DNA of 64,000 nucleotides from a virus. Position 1 is the stretch's first letter, and each line of letters starts with the position of its first letter. Location: positions 1 to 64,000 of IMG/VR virus record IMGVR_UViG_3300036716_000695. One strand, 5' to 3'. The position numbers and the translations under genes are program-made. Shown here one piece after another: positions 20,901 to 28,955 of this stretch. The notes beneath the pieces were generated by a model. The model was not told where the DNA came from and made no database searches. It was given only the letters and a program-made list of their open reading frames with translations.

Positions 20901-23069
20901 TTAAATATTAATGATGAGGTTACCAAAATGACATCTGTTTCAAATCTAACAAAAGGGTTGGGTCAAAATATGGCTGCTGTAGCTGAGACAAGAAGAAACA
21001 TATCAGACTTAATGGACAGTGAGATGATGGATCTTAAATCTATTTATCAAGGTGACACATGGCTTTCAAAATATGTTGAAATATTTCAGCAAATATCTGA
21101 TGAAATATTACCATCAACATTTTTATCTGCTAGTGAATCATTCCAAGATATCTTGGATGAAGTTGTAATAAACATAAATGCAGGAGATATACAATTTACA
21201 GAAGAAACATTAGCTGGTATATCAAGAGACTTATTGTCTTACATTACTATTAAAGCCTACATAAACAAAAAATTAGGTGTAGATGGTAATTCACAAAGTG
21301 TTGCTACTTTAAGTAATGATTTAATCTATCCTGGAGATTATCAATCCATTAATGAAATAGTTGATAGAATGAGATCATCAGAAGCTGGACAAGACAATTT
21401 CTTCTTGGATAGTTTTGCAGTCAGTGTTAAATCAGATGAGCAAAGCAATAATACTGGTACAAATCAGCTAAATGCAAATACATTTAGAAGTTTAAATGCT
21501 GCACAAAAGATTGACTTACAAACTTCTTTTGCTAAGCTTTACGGTTCATTGGAGACAAAGGATGATGCTTTATCAATTATTAATTATATAATGGTAAAAG
21601 ACGGTCTACAATTATCATCAGGGTCATTACTAGATGCTGTTAGTCCATTTATTATGGAGAGTTATTTATCTCAAATTGAAACAGCAAATCAAGCATTAAG
21701 ATCTAGATCTACTGAAGAAGTATTTGGTTTATCTTTTACTGAGATGAAAAAAGAATTTATAGAAGGTTATCTTCTTTCAAATAAAAGTAATGCATTGTTG
21801 CAAACATTTATTTCTTCTCCAGGATTTGTATCTAAAGGTATAAAGATTAAGGATAATAAAGCCACTGTTGCATGGAATGAAAAGCAAAAAATTGGTGGAA
21901 GTAAACTTTACTTTAGAGTTAAAAATGAAACTGATGCTGGAGTTATTACATCAATAGATACATATAAAAGAGATGAAGATTCACAAACTGACTATACAAA
22001 AATAGATACTGTTGGTTCTAATCAACAAAATGCTATTGGTTTTATGTTTGGTGAAAGACCTACATATAAAGCTGTTAGAGAGTATGTAAAAGAAAAAAAT
22101 GATCTTGTAAATAAAAATGATGACATTGCTAATAATTCAGCAAGCTCATTAGCAGAGGAAAAAAGTCTAGCTGCTGTATATGCTGATGAAATTTTAAATG
22201 ATCAAACTGCAGATATAGTAGCAACAGAAGAAGGCATTACAGTGAATGGTGAAGATATAGCAGATGCAATAGAGTCATATGACCCAGATAATGTTGTTGA
22301 TCCAGAAAATTTAGAAGGTAATTCTATTTCTGGTAATAGTATATTAAATCTAATTTCATCTGATACAATAAAAAGTGTAGAGGTGCCTGAGTACACAGTT
22401 AAAAATCTAGTAAATGAAGATGGTACTAAAAGACTAGCTTCAACTAATGGTAATCAAATATTTCTAAACCCTGTTGAATCTATAGAAGAGTTCTTTAATT
22501 ATGTTACTGGTAAACAAGGTGGTCAAACATCTAAACAAAAAGAACAAGTAATATTGGCTTTAGAAAAAGAAGGTTATACAGTAGACCAAATGAGAAACAT
22601 TCTAGATACTAAGAAGAAAGTAAATACTTTTTTAGTTTTTCATGAGCAAGATCATATAGATAACAATGATAAAGATGTCTATTGGAAAAATGGGAAAGAC
22701 TTGCTGACTCAAGATAAAATAGATATTGAAGTTAGAGCTACAGTTGTTGCTTTGAAAAAGGTTCAAGAAATGCAGGCTGGTACAGAACAAACTGAATTAG
22801 ATACTTCAGAAAATCAAGTATCAGAAACACCGTTAACAAATGAACTAATGGGTCAATTAAAGTTTGCATTAGATTTTGAATCTAAATATAACACTTTAAT
22901 AAACTTTTGGGACAACAATGTACAAGGTAAACCTGAAATGAGAAGTAAGCTAAGAGCTCAAAATATATTATCTTTACAGGATATGATTGATGCATTTAAT
23001 AATTCAAGTTTTGAAGAGACAGGTGTAGATCCACAAGATCAATTTTTAGAAAAGTTAGGTTGTTTATAA
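8967..23069 (+). CDS. Giant virion-packaged single-chain DNA-dependent RNA polymerase polyprotein with zincin-type domains
   Basis: 4700 aa. Catalytic GADFDIDK (DFDID at nt 19746-19760) preceded by RIPSQ, matching the crAss/phi14:2-type vRNAP. HEAFH at 15321-15335 and HEQDH at 22641-22655. Confidence 0.9.
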   Translation: MENNLESKGLDQAIKASEETGPQFAINKDIDFVSVDQAYEDPEYDAYIDMADTAAIQRLDQQKDFIEKYGSGVYQNMALPTPSMANDTYDPQMQRKAKVPGDTISRDNSVEQTIDEVLYNQGVKLNQKQKEGNLIASPLYSDKRANSFDRYYHHPKFATLGYSPYANNSEYYNANSTAWDDLSRTWTSVKGLFGIGFTSSYVSVGDGMDGKYGKYDSGSAGSYEDFVDIGMSDRGGATQFFNNLLVNSGYTFGIIGSIALEELALVGLEAATFGGATPLVAARTATNAAKLAKAGKRVVNSFGVGRMATATMDMLKALRNADIAKDFYSVGKFVGKGIAPETYAAIKGIRTAKNTAGNLTNMRKAATTFGGFYRDVRSFNLAMAESKLEGGMLYNERMDEGMREMQATNFGGPVTDSQMARIQENAAKAGFASTMQNLPLIFATNQLVLGNAFGGFNKSFARMANQNIKGGARRIIKTSKSVLKDGTKALDVFADAGAGLKGVVKSIANAGVKGNLRTAAGASLRYFAANFGEGIQELGQEAIATGTGEYYKTLLKDPGAGGLELYNTSLASGIGSQFSEQGFETFMSGFLMGGVVAGPQKLFFQGVPAIYKRISDPKAFAEYKANKEKAISSLVDTYNDTWNKMAEDPNAVFDQKKFKFLVQKQAAEGMLESAFESDQFGFIDSKDIAKFNQIYDVISNGGARFFEQQLNDYANLDDASLAQAFPTDKQQIKSGKLRKRFTDMIDSIGVMEENFNKLSDKYENPFDESRFEKGTREFQEEAIKRISFDHARYLYMFTNDGFNRALERADSIFQSLESDPLFKDMEAKDITVLLDNDSINNELKLLLQEELILKDDKTQKGKVKEIRERAKRLGALQAILSDKKNLKKDGSFDQRKILKLKTEFHNYVRFMAKKSGSFVNEEVVMDALKKIVDHKALKGRARVYYKSIEYLNNPERFTEIYERTNEFLKSAFKDVQRNYKEAVEKYIETKEQVQLLNEIAKLTDHKGNMVIPDPNEVKKFSITNNPYDLKTFYTEAGTVTKRFNATTVTQINEILGAYAKITEQDTVDQKTEEAQAEETRADVEEILSENGVEIELPTGESKVYTEILRKGYNKYLADQANLNKNAVDFNAWINTENGKAYRQSFAAIKKIWIANDKLTNPNRSLTPEQIENDANLISWLTSQEGKTNDLVAKILDKTGLTISEITGIQEQAPTKNKPYKGRANTDVIESGSYVALVQTETENKNGEKEFLYQLFENSTGRLLDAEILSAKGLGNVNAFLVKGQAISAYKRLESDQPNSAEFPFDGVEGLSYGQKVYKDGIEYTILSNPKKLANKGTLLLIPSDAQSLTYEEKVAQKVFVNVKKGGFKDFYTLEEIDSKRLPNSVSRLNFNELVTPYGAKNEDETSWSIAKQRYFAIISELSQEDLKTLELVVTLNPEAGKKGGQYTIPGKESNEYITRTQSKYLIGIRTNSGVVQDKIDALFAKNGRLEGVDPFKSDARVFAFLPNQNFQIEIGGKVLTVDQLNPSQSANIFDVSDNLKNKLTDAQVLEIVKEKYAINNALLAKIDEQFAENSTDGNTAVLSKEQLPEGFSFNSTLGNVVYDKSDKKLTDLEYNAADENGNYLIYQLEKSKTGRSKIVITNLEEDAREELINKVETQLEKQGLLSELSKGTDAYKAAVLLPDGTYRLVPLKSESLENEATDKLFVDLITRAQKTQEENKNGKDPSYNKEWNDNQGVWISSYPGITVKLEVNKYGKVQLSIVKDGKWTNLELTRDEVNAAEDVEVKIQKLIDRANETTVFKTAVSSPETGSKIGFTLSRKNFRTSYSRSVGVNELIEKTTTQAKTQVVGVNTLEVFAPSGTTQSSSNTETTTSATFTPTRDYTDAEGNPIPAGPEMTTASSKEKTFTAEESEYSILDLEDSEFDAYKENDFRDLPSYMIEHIVNKIISPEGGVALRERERQVFESPRKSEIMTRIAILGGTVKETEISETPLSKIDKELTALKKKLQEGKKGAAKRKALKDSKEYQTLLKNKKAIESAANKVMPAYTAQDSENVDVFMAWAANNLPDFISIEDIGVLGSNLKAGGVRVGAFALNLHALAGGMKIGGTIYTGAKSPFRYHEAFHGVFRMLLSDTEINKYLSIARKEVRSKLRAEGKNFLQELERFRNSADTYTNMSKARLEQEYYEEYLANEFEAFKQNPKKTKTDSGVKSLFTRIMEWIKSVFNSYNKSELLTLFENIDGGKYQTASIANNQFINTLTTGVTVEANALIPYDSIQDGKKVGFYYLDSAVADPMIRSIAAMYLQAERQVTETGVKRSEIFDAVIDDFYNLYDPENVINLDKTDAQREVLENIILALDNYLEVIKPQVYSVLNVIDSQITEEEYNTEYFEDSVGLRSIDQWNTDASLIGGLESTPRHIRAYLATTTKEETDFFGNRELKAGVPLIIPVEFNKVYNGLLKAVKNIEDPKKMLRTMYFFGQDNLETGAVVSRLLNDLGVSKEALLSNSPLPLELKNPSLFQAFTKAFENFRVEYIFSQRDSAGNVIMYSAAERDDINSQVDVWSQAWNDAEKKIKVDSSRKETVEKTLGAFGNLLLPSSTQKTDKEISELSQKYSEKIFELTGIRLSKQYIAFSLTANRPQTEEQGALQSVHSNETPITEEAIRTMNILIQNGEDIFNEGEEGMYSRLRTLAINNAPFDETIGLSVFKNSEGNLVYAHQKPTYHLKQVEKLNTDVQALEKLKQENPYLKNNYLLNNDAFIQMSAENRQKILRIAGTAVGNINTTEEEINESISGLKSRSTYGNFTPQEFALNLLNSYTYGVNTKSNKANFVEYYDTKLGKNVKVALAPSLIRVLESSNTGDMMNLPVIKAVEFVSGSTGAVKLTDEAVDTYISSIETEYDRILRESALRRDNPLQVQKLGYNTEGGRAYKLHNSALFLPQTIRIALEEIATRDDAKSLSAALSELDMTMADLKSNVVESLEQQFELFKDELKTLNINEEISSKVREGLVNKNVKATPDLIQSNQLLNLNYDQEYNLKQIFFNNWINTKSINEILLGDQAVTLKNGVDAIKRAKAQNASTVSAYSAITAPELGINHPVDNISLVSLEEPIGVSSVTGDNIDIADAQMWMTTKAFRYMFFGFGKLTPMQAKLMDKVEAGETISSEDIFGQDGYVSNGVMLNSKKLVYFDGSTFIKMSAFILTPQLTSNKVVNANGEVTYTAKENRKELHDLRVKLEGIEAIKDKQTLGIAAPLSALKMLKQKVKTLEEVKADGQFSENDFTSLSAKNMGLQLEVPSNKLETVEPSQIKAIITSEQKDDVFVKELGLTVGQIRKAYNEAISARVELKFKNKRNLIFTFDSAMEELKISMAKDKLTPNLMSFLRYATEGLKASQSSSQLLEFFSTEEGEQKYDLNNPITINKFEQLFLSYLSKGVLAEKQPGHALALVSSYGMNIYRRVYSVDENGIPDRSEVIREKYWNKISNKPEVVEFDTLLGRKIPKEGVVVLDRLRSGVKEYDSKGVFTGQRYTEMLMPAHFKSVMDLVENGSMANIPEVISKMFAIRIPSQDNHSTINIKHVDFLPAFYGSSATFAQELVEISGADFDIDKVYAQIKEFYVKDKKFIEYGTAKNNNDAYDDYINYINEKVNKPGTIYSEAYQLYKTDEGSARIQNSATEAEVGVASDAGASEQSIKALQMLGLPITKGQYVNYIKKNKTEPYEAPYNNEVLDYKYALMGNTGVTESTEGIPISYTAANLEILESELAALVQLSETFALRDSEDSVDIDNLLGQIKAFTSNKGAAIGAIVSPNVNLSLLTEYKIKLKGDNGLNFNNVTYDSFATLTEKLTKTKNGLRKQDIISSLITMATDNAKERLVAKLGLNRAALSLVGTMTGLGVPIRTSLLLVNNPLIRDIYNEALNKKDKLDPGVKALSKTAFENIFKRIGNLNEKVVEVVVTDELLLEAINRTGKESIASLQADLAILDQFISALNINDEVTKMTSVSNLTKGLGQNMAAVAETRRNISDLMDSEMMDLKSIYQGDTWLSKYVEIFQQISDEILPSTFLSASESFQDILDEVVININAGDIQFTEETLAGISRDLLSYITIKAYINKKLGVDGNSQSVATLSNDLIYPGDYQSINEIVDRMRSSEAGQDNFFLDSFAVSVKSDEQSNNTGTNQLNANTFRSLNAAQKIDLQTSFAKLYGSLETKDDALSIINYIMVKDGLQLSSGSLLDAVSPFIMESYLSQIETANQALRSRSTEEVFGLSFTEMKKEFIEGYLLSNKSNALLQTFISSPGFVSKGIKIKDNKATVAWNEKQKIGGSKLYFRVKNETDAGVITSIDTYKRDEDSQTDYTKIDTVGSNQQNAIGFMFGERPTYKAVREYVKEKNDLVNKNDDIANNSASSLAEEKSLAAVYADEILNDQTADIVATEEGITVNGEDIADAIESYDPDNVVDPENLEGNSISGNSILNLISSDTIKSVEVPEYTVKNLVNEDGTKRLASTNGNQIFLNPVESIEEFFNYVTGKQGGQTSKQKEQVILALEKEGYTVDQMRNILDTKKKVNTFLVFHEQDHIDNNDKDVYWKNGKDLLTQDKIDIEVRATVVALKKVQEMQAGTEQTELDTSENQVSETPLTNELMGQLKFALDFESKYNTLINFWDNNVQGKPEMRSKLRAQNILSLQDMIDAFNNSSFEETGVDPQDQFLEKLGCL

Positions 23070-23093
23070 ACATAGAAATAAGATATAATAGTT

Positions 23094-26000
23094 ATGGCTA
23101 CATGTCCAAATAAAAACGCAGCAGAATACAAAGCTTTACAAGCAGTGTATAAAACAGAATTAAAGACAAATGATGTCATTAATAGCTGGCAACGTGTTAA
23201 TAATACAGATGTAATACCTACAACGGTAGAGGCAAATAGATATGTAAAAAACCAAAAAACAGTTTATGCATTAAAGCAAAAAGCATTTGGTGAAAGTCTT
23301 TTGAATAATTTACGTAGAGAAAAAATTATACATCAGTATCAGGGTACTTATTTTATTAATAACTCCAATCAGCAGACTAGAGAGTATGATGAAGTATTTC
23401 TGCAAAAAAACTATGACAAACTACAAAGGTATTTAGAAATAAATAATATTCCTTTAGATTCTATATCACTAACAAGAACACCTAAAACATTTAAAGTAGC
23501 TGTCAAGAATGATATATTCACACCTCAAGATATTTTAACAAAGTCTAGATCTTGGGATACAAATAGATCAAGGGCTGTTGTTACACATTTAATGAGGATG
23601 TTTCCCCAGATAAAAGTAAAAATGCTATCAGTAGCAGATGCTAAAGCTGTATATGATACTATCCCAAAGTGGAAAAAAACATCTGCAAATTTTTCTGAAG
23701 TTAATTCATTTTATGTTGATGGTGTAGCATACTTAATTAGAGGAAGAGTAACTGATGAAACTGCTATAGAAGAAATGCTTCACCCATTTATAGATGCAAT
23801 TAAAGTAGATAATGCAGAGCTTTTTAATGGTTTACTAGCTGAAGCAAAAAGAAACTTTCCTCAAATGGTTCAGGAAATTACAGATGCATATAATAGTGAC
23901 AGAAGATTTACTCAGGTTGAAAGAGATTTAGAAATTGTAACACAAGCATTAACAAGACATTTCAAACAAGAATATGAAACTAAGCCAACTCAAACATTCT
24001 TAAATAGAATAAACCAAGCATTGGAGTGGTTTATGAATGTAATTAAAGACTTGCAAAACTACATTACAGGTGCAGCTTTACCAGTAACTGCAATAAACAG
24101 CAGTACAAACTTTAGTACTCTAGCCAAACTTCTTAATACAGAGGGTATAAGGTTTAATCTTGAAAGTAGAGCTAATGGTAAAGTTAGGTATGCTTTAACT
24201 CCAAAAAAACAAAAAATAGTAGATGCTACATTAAAAGTGTCTAATGGATTGCAGCAAGAAATAATTAAAAAAATGTTTCAGGTTGCAACGTCAACTAAAG
24301 AAGAAGTTGACTCTTTATCTGTTAATATTAATGTAGCAGAGCAAGGAGATGACATAGTAATACTAAATGAAAAAGATCATACATACTATAACTTAGCTAC
24401 AGGAGAAATATATGAATCTGTTACTACTGCTATAAAAGGTAAAATGCCTAAGTCAAAGCAAGTAGAAAATCAAATTAACCTTGATATTGGTAATGATGTA
24501 GATGCATTATTAGATGCGTTGGTGTCTTTTGAATCTTTTGAAAGTGCTATTCCAAACATGCAAGTTTTAAATGCTGAGCAGGCGGAGGAAGTATATAAAA
24601 GATTAAAAGATGAGCTGTCACAAATAATTCCTAAGTCAACAGTACTTATATCACAAGTAGTAGTATTTGATCCTGCAACTAAGATTGCCGGTACTGCAGA
24701 TTTAATTGCAATTGATGAAAATGGAAACATAAAGATTATTGATTTAAAAACCAGTAAGAATTCCATATACAAAAAAACTGTTAAAGATTCATTTGTTAGT
24801 GGTATACCAGGTAGATCAGAAGTATTTCAGTATGAAACTAAAGAGTGGGATATTTTACCATCTACAGAAGATGTAATAGAAGATTTAGAAGATAATAATG
24901 TAAAGAAGGAAGACGGTAATAAATATTCTAAAGAGCAAATAAAGAATAGGAAAGAAGAACTTGCACCTACACTTTATAAAAAAGCAGGAGTTACAAAGCT
25001 TTCTACAAGAGGTCAGCATAACTTACAAGTAAACATGTATAAACGTATGTTTGAAAACATGGGTTATAAAGTTTTAGGTAATGAAAATGGTGCGGCAACC
25101 TTCCATATGTTAGCAGATATAAGTGGAAAAGGTAAGGATCAAGTATTTAATGGTGGTATAAAGTATGATGGTTTATATCAACACAAGGCAACAGAAGAAC
25201 AAGATAAGGTAGACAAATTAATACCTGCTGATAATAGCACGGCTGCTGCTAAAAAATTAGAAGAACTTACAAAAGACAATGAAAATCTTGCTTACGTAGG
25301 TAAAGATGAAGATATAGAGCAAGTAGAAAATAATATCCCAGAAGAAAACTATCCTGAGTATAATACAATCTTTGGTGCATTAGAAGGTTTTGCAGCTGGT
25401 CTTCTTAATAAGCAACAAGCTCTTGAAACTATTGCTAGTAAAACCTTCACTACTCAAAATAAAGAATTAACACGTGATGAGATTGCAAGAGCTGTTGCTT
25501 TAATACGTATGAATTTAGGGGCCGGTTCAGATGCTAGATCACAGACTTACACAGCAATGTTGAGGTATGGGTTAAAAGAAATAAGACAATTTAAAGATTA
25601 TGTTGAAGATCCAAATAATGTTACAAAGCCTGAGTATATAACTTTTGTTTTAAATTTTAACAGATTTATTGCCACATATGAAAGCTTATATTCAATTGCA
25701 GAATCTAGTGAATTAAATGCTACACAAAGATCTTTAGTTCTACAAATGCAAATTGAAGTTAATAAACTTGTAGGAACAGAAAACACTGAAGGTATAATTA
25801 ATCAAGCATACACTGATTTTGTAAAAGAGACGGTTAGATTAAGATCAGATAAAAATTTTGGTGCAGAAAACAGCTTGTTTACTGAGGAAGATCTTGATCA
25901 GTTGATGAAAAGAGTAGAAGACATAAGCACTATAGAATTGCTTACTAAAGATATGGCTACTCAGAAAGATACTTTGATGGCTGTTATGGATAAAATCTAT

Positions 26001-28919
26001 AAAAGACAAAAGCAAATACTCTTAGATAAAATAGCACAACGTGAAGATCTAATAAGGAAGTCAGGTAATAAACTATTAAAGCTTTCTCAAGGTAGTGATA
26101 AAAATAAGATTTATGACTTTATGCTTGAGTATGATAAAGATGGTAAATTCACTGGCTTCTATACTAAATCAATTGGTCAAAAGTATTATGAAAAATCTCA
26201 AGAGCTTTATTCTGAACTAAGTGATGCTAATGGTACGCCTTATGAGTATCACAAAATATACAACATTGAAGATGCTACAGAAAAGCAACTACAAGAAAAT
26301 ATTGACTTAGCAAATAAAAAGAGAGCTTATAGTGATTTTTATAAAGCAGAGGATACATCAGTAGATATAGATGCAAACGGTAATCTTCCGGGTGGTAAGT
26401 ATCACAGATTTACTCAAGAATTTATAGAAGTAAGAAGAAAGAATGAGACTTATGTTTATAATGAGAAAACAGGCTATGGAGAATGGATGAGAAAAGCTGG
26501 AGTAAGTAATGCTCAATGGTCAGAGTATCAAGCAAAGTATTACAAGTTCAATCCTTATACAAAAGCATTAAGAAAGAATGGTGTACCTATTGGTACTATA
26601 CTTGAAGATCAAGTTTTTCCTGCACCTAAAGAACAATATGTTGAAGCAAGAGAGATTACATCAGAGGGTGAGGATATGCGTAGTGAAAAATATAAAGCTT
26701 TGTATGATCCAACAAAAACTGATGCATTAACAATGGCTCAGAGAGAGTTCTATGAACTTTATGTAAGATTTTATGAAGAAGAGTTATTAAAAAAATTACC
26801 TCAGAATACTAAAGATAGAATGGCAGGTAGAGTACCTGTGGTTAAAAATGAATTAATTAGTAAACTAAAAGGAGAGGGTCCATTGTTTAGTAAGCTTTAT
26901 GCTAATACTATTAGAGGGTTTAAAAACTTTACTGAGCAAACAGCTACAGAAAAAAATGTTTTACTTGATGAGCAAGGTAATTTTGTAAATGGCTTACCAA
27001 TCATGTATACTGGTAGTACTAAGATAGATGGTCAACTAGAAGAAGTTGAATCTCAGATACGTGCTTTAAAAGATGAATACAAGAAAGGTAAAATATCAAG
27101 AACCAACTATAATACAAAAGTAGCTAAGCTAAATGCAAACGCAGCTAGCCTAAGAAATCAACCTTCTCTAGGTGAAGTAAGCACTGACTTGGCAAGTAGT
27201 TTAATTAAGTTTAGTGCAATGGCTGAGCATTATGAAGTAATGGGTGAGATAGAAGACACTCTTACTGCTTTTGTAAAGGTTATAGAAAACAGAGAGTATG
27301 ATCCTTCTCCAGATACATCAACCAAATTCTTTGGGCGTGCTGTTGATGGAGTTATGAAAGGTGTTGGATACACTAAAGAAACTAAAGGTGCATCCAATGT
27401 AGCAAAGAGAGCAAGAAAATACATGTCTATGATTTTCTATGATAATGAGCTTGTAACAAAAGGGATGGCTAATAAAATAGCTGATAACTTAGTTGCTGCA
27501 TCTTCTCTTACATATGTAGCATTTAACCCACTAGGTAACTTCAATAACTACGTTATGGGTAGGTTAAATAATAATATAGAGATGCTTGGTGGTAGATACT
27601 TTAGTAAGAAGAACTTTTTACGTGCTGGGAAAGAATATAATCTGCAGGCATTGCAATCAGGTATATTTAAAAGACTTGGTACTGCAACACTAGATCTTGC
27701 AGATATTGCAACTCTAGGTAAAGCAGGGTTAAAAGTCTCTAACTATGATCCAGATAAAGCCAATAACAAATATGAAGGTTTTGTAGAAGAGTTTAGAATG
27801 ATGGATCCTTCTACTGATATACGTGAATCTGGTAGAGATAATGATGGTAAAACTGTTTGGGAAAGATTTAAAGCCTGGGGTTATGTTTTACAGGATGCTG
27901 CAGAATATAATGTACAAACAAGAGTTGGTATATCAATGCTTATGGACACCATAATAGAAAACTCTAAGACTGGTGAATCATTATCTTTTTATGATGCTCA
28001 CAGCTTTAATCAAGAAACACATAAACTTGAGTTAAAAGAAGGCTATGATACAATAGTAACTAAAGATGGTAACAAAATTAAATACACTGATGAGTTTAGA
28101 TATGACATTAGAAATAAGATACGTGAAGTAAACAAACAAATTCATGGTAACTATGCCAAGGAGGACAAAATGGTTCTTCAAAGTTACACTTTAGGTAACC
28201 TAGCAGCACAGTTCAAGAAATGGGTTGCTCCTGCAATAAGGTCAAGATTTCAAAGAGAATACTTTGATGAGAACTTAGGCCATATGGAAGGAAGATATAG
28301 ATCATTCTGGAAATTTTTAGCTTACACAAAGCAACAAATCTTTTTAGGTAATAGAGATTTTAGAAAATACTCTGATGGTTTCTTAGAAGAATATGGTTTT
28401 ACTGGTAAAGGTGGTAATAGAGATCAGTTTGCTGTAAATAAACTTAAAGGTTTTTATAGAACCATGGGTGAAGCAGGTATCATATTAACTGTTATGGCAA
28501 TGAACTTATTATTTGATGGTTTATTAAGTGGAGATGATGATGATAGTGATGCAATGATAAAACTAAAACATGCTTTAAAGAAGCAAGGTAGTAGAACCTA
28601 TCAAGAACTTGTTGCTTTTGTACCAGTATCACCTGCTGGTTGGGAACAATTGTTTGGTATGATAGAGAGTCCAATAGCAACCACAAAGGTTTTAGGTGAA
28701 ATGACTGAAGCATTCACACAAACTATATTTACTCCAGCTGCAATGTTATATTATAGTGATAAAGAGTTTTATTCAAACTCAGACTATGTATATCAAAATA
28801 GACCTAGAAGAGGTCAGCTTAAGTTAGCTAAAGAGTGGAAAGATGTTATTCCAATTTTATATACAATACAAAAATGGGACAACTTAATTAAAGAGCAAGA
28901 GTACAGTATTAAGTACTAA
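23094..28919 (+). CDS. Large virion cargo protein with a zincin-like domain and a PD-(D/E)xK nuclease domain
   Basis: 1941 aa. EEMLH at 23769-23783, IAGTADL...IIDLKTS plus a downstream QVNMY (RecB/Cas4-like motifs), and a hydrophobic segment near the C-terminus. Confidence 0.7.
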   Translation: MATCPNKNAAEYKALQAVYKTELKTNDVINSWQRVNNTDVIPTTVEANRYVKNQKTVYALKQKAFGESLLNNLRREKIIHQYQGTYFINNSNQQTREYDEVFLQKNYDKLQRYLEINNIPLDSISLTRTPKTFKVAVKNDIFTPQDILTKSRSWDTNRSRAVVTHLMRMFPQIKVKMLSVADAKAVYDTIPKWKKTSANFSEVNSFYVDGVAYLIRGRVTDETAIEEMLHPFIDAIKVDNAELFNGLLAEAKRNFPQMVQEITDAYNSDRRFTQVERDLEIVTQALTRHFKQEYETKPTQTFLNRINQALEWFMNVIKDLQNYITGAALPVTAINSSTNFSTLAKLLNTEGIRFNLESRANGKVRYALTPKKQKIVDATLKVSNGLQQEIIKKMFQVATSTKEEVDSLSVNINVAEQGDDIVILNEKDHTYYNLATGEIYESVTTAIKGKMPKSKQVENQINLDIGNDVDALLDALVSFESFESAIPNMQVLNAEQAEEVYKRLKDELSQIIPKSTVLISQVVVFDPATKIAGTADLIAIDENGNIKIIDLKTSKNSIYKKTVKDSFVSGIPGRSEVFQYETKEWDILPSTEDVIEDLEDNNVKKEDGNKYSKEQIKNRKEELAPTLYKKAGVTKLSTRGQHNLQVNMYKRMFENMGYKVLGNENGAATFHMLADISGKGKDQVFNGGIKYDGLYQHKATEEQDKVDKLIPADNSTAAAKKLEELTKDNENLAYVGKDEDIEQVENNIPEENYPEYNTIFGALEGFAAGLLNKQQALETIASKTFTTQNKELTRDEIARAVALIRMNLGAGSDARSQTYTAMLRYGLKEIRQFKDYVEDPNNVTKPEYITFVLNFNRFIATYESLYSIAESSELNATQRSLVLQMQIEVNKLVGTENTEGIINQAYTDFVKETVRLRSDKNFGAENSLFTEEDLDQLMKRVEDISTIELLTKDMATQKDTLMAVMDKIYKRQKQILLDKIAQREDLIRKSGNKLLKLSQGSDKNKIYDFMLEYDKDGKFTGFYTKSIGQKYYEKSQELYSELSDANGTPYEYHKIYNIEDATEKQLQENIDLANKKRAYSDFYKAEDTSVDIDANGNLPGGKYHRFTQEFIEVRRKNETYVYNEKTGYGEWMRKAGVSNAQWSEYQAKYYKFNPYTKALRKNGVPIGTILEDQVFPAPKEQYVEAREITSEGEDMRSEKYKALYDPTKTDALTMAQREFYELYVRFYEEELLKKLPQNTKDRMAGRVPVVKNELISKLKGEGPLFSKLYANTIRGFKNFTEQTATEKNVLLDEQGNFVNGLPIMYTGSTKIDGQLEEVESQIRALKDEYKKGKISRTNYNTKVAKLNANAASLRNQPSLGEVSTDLASSLIKFSAMAEHYEVMGEIEDTLTAFVKVIENREYDPSPDTSTKFFGRAVDGVMKGVGYTKETKGASNVAKRARKYMSMIFYDNELVTKGMANKIADNLVAASSLTYVAFNPLGNFNNYVMGRLNNNIEMLGGRYFSKKNFLRAGKEYNLQALQSGIFKRLGTATLDLADIATLGKAGLKVSNYDPDKANNKYEGFVEEFRMMDPSTDIRESGRDNDGKTVWERFKAWGYVLQDAAEYNVQTRVGISMLMDTIIENSKTGESLSFYDAHSFNQETHKLELKEGYDTIVTKDGNKIKYTDEFRYDIRNKIREVNKQIHGNYAKEDKMVLQSYTLGNLAAQFKKWVAPAIRSRFQREYFDENLGHMEGRYRSFWKFLAYTKQQIFLGNRDFRKYSDGFLEEYGFTGKGGNRDQFAVNKLKGFYRTMGEAGIILTVMAMNLLFDGLLSGDDDDSDAMIKLKHALKKQGSRTYQELVAFVPVSPAGWEQLFGMIESPIATTKVLGEMTEAFTQTIFTPAAMLYYSDKEFYSNSDYVYQNRPRRGQLKLAKEWKDVIPILYTIQKWDNLIKEQEYSIKY

Positions 28920-28922
28920 AAT

Positions 28923-28955
28923 AAAACCCCGGTGTAATTGCCGGGGTTTCTTTTT
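28923..28955. terminator. Intrinsic terminator, probably bidirectional
   Basis: aaaccccgg-tgtaattg-ccggggttt stem flanked by A/T tracts, between convergent genes. Confidence 0.85.

Noticed and set aside
28-28713. Many short minus-strand ORFs in the track opposite the giant genes
   Set aside because: Antisense shadows of long coding regions, with no motifs or plausible expression signals.
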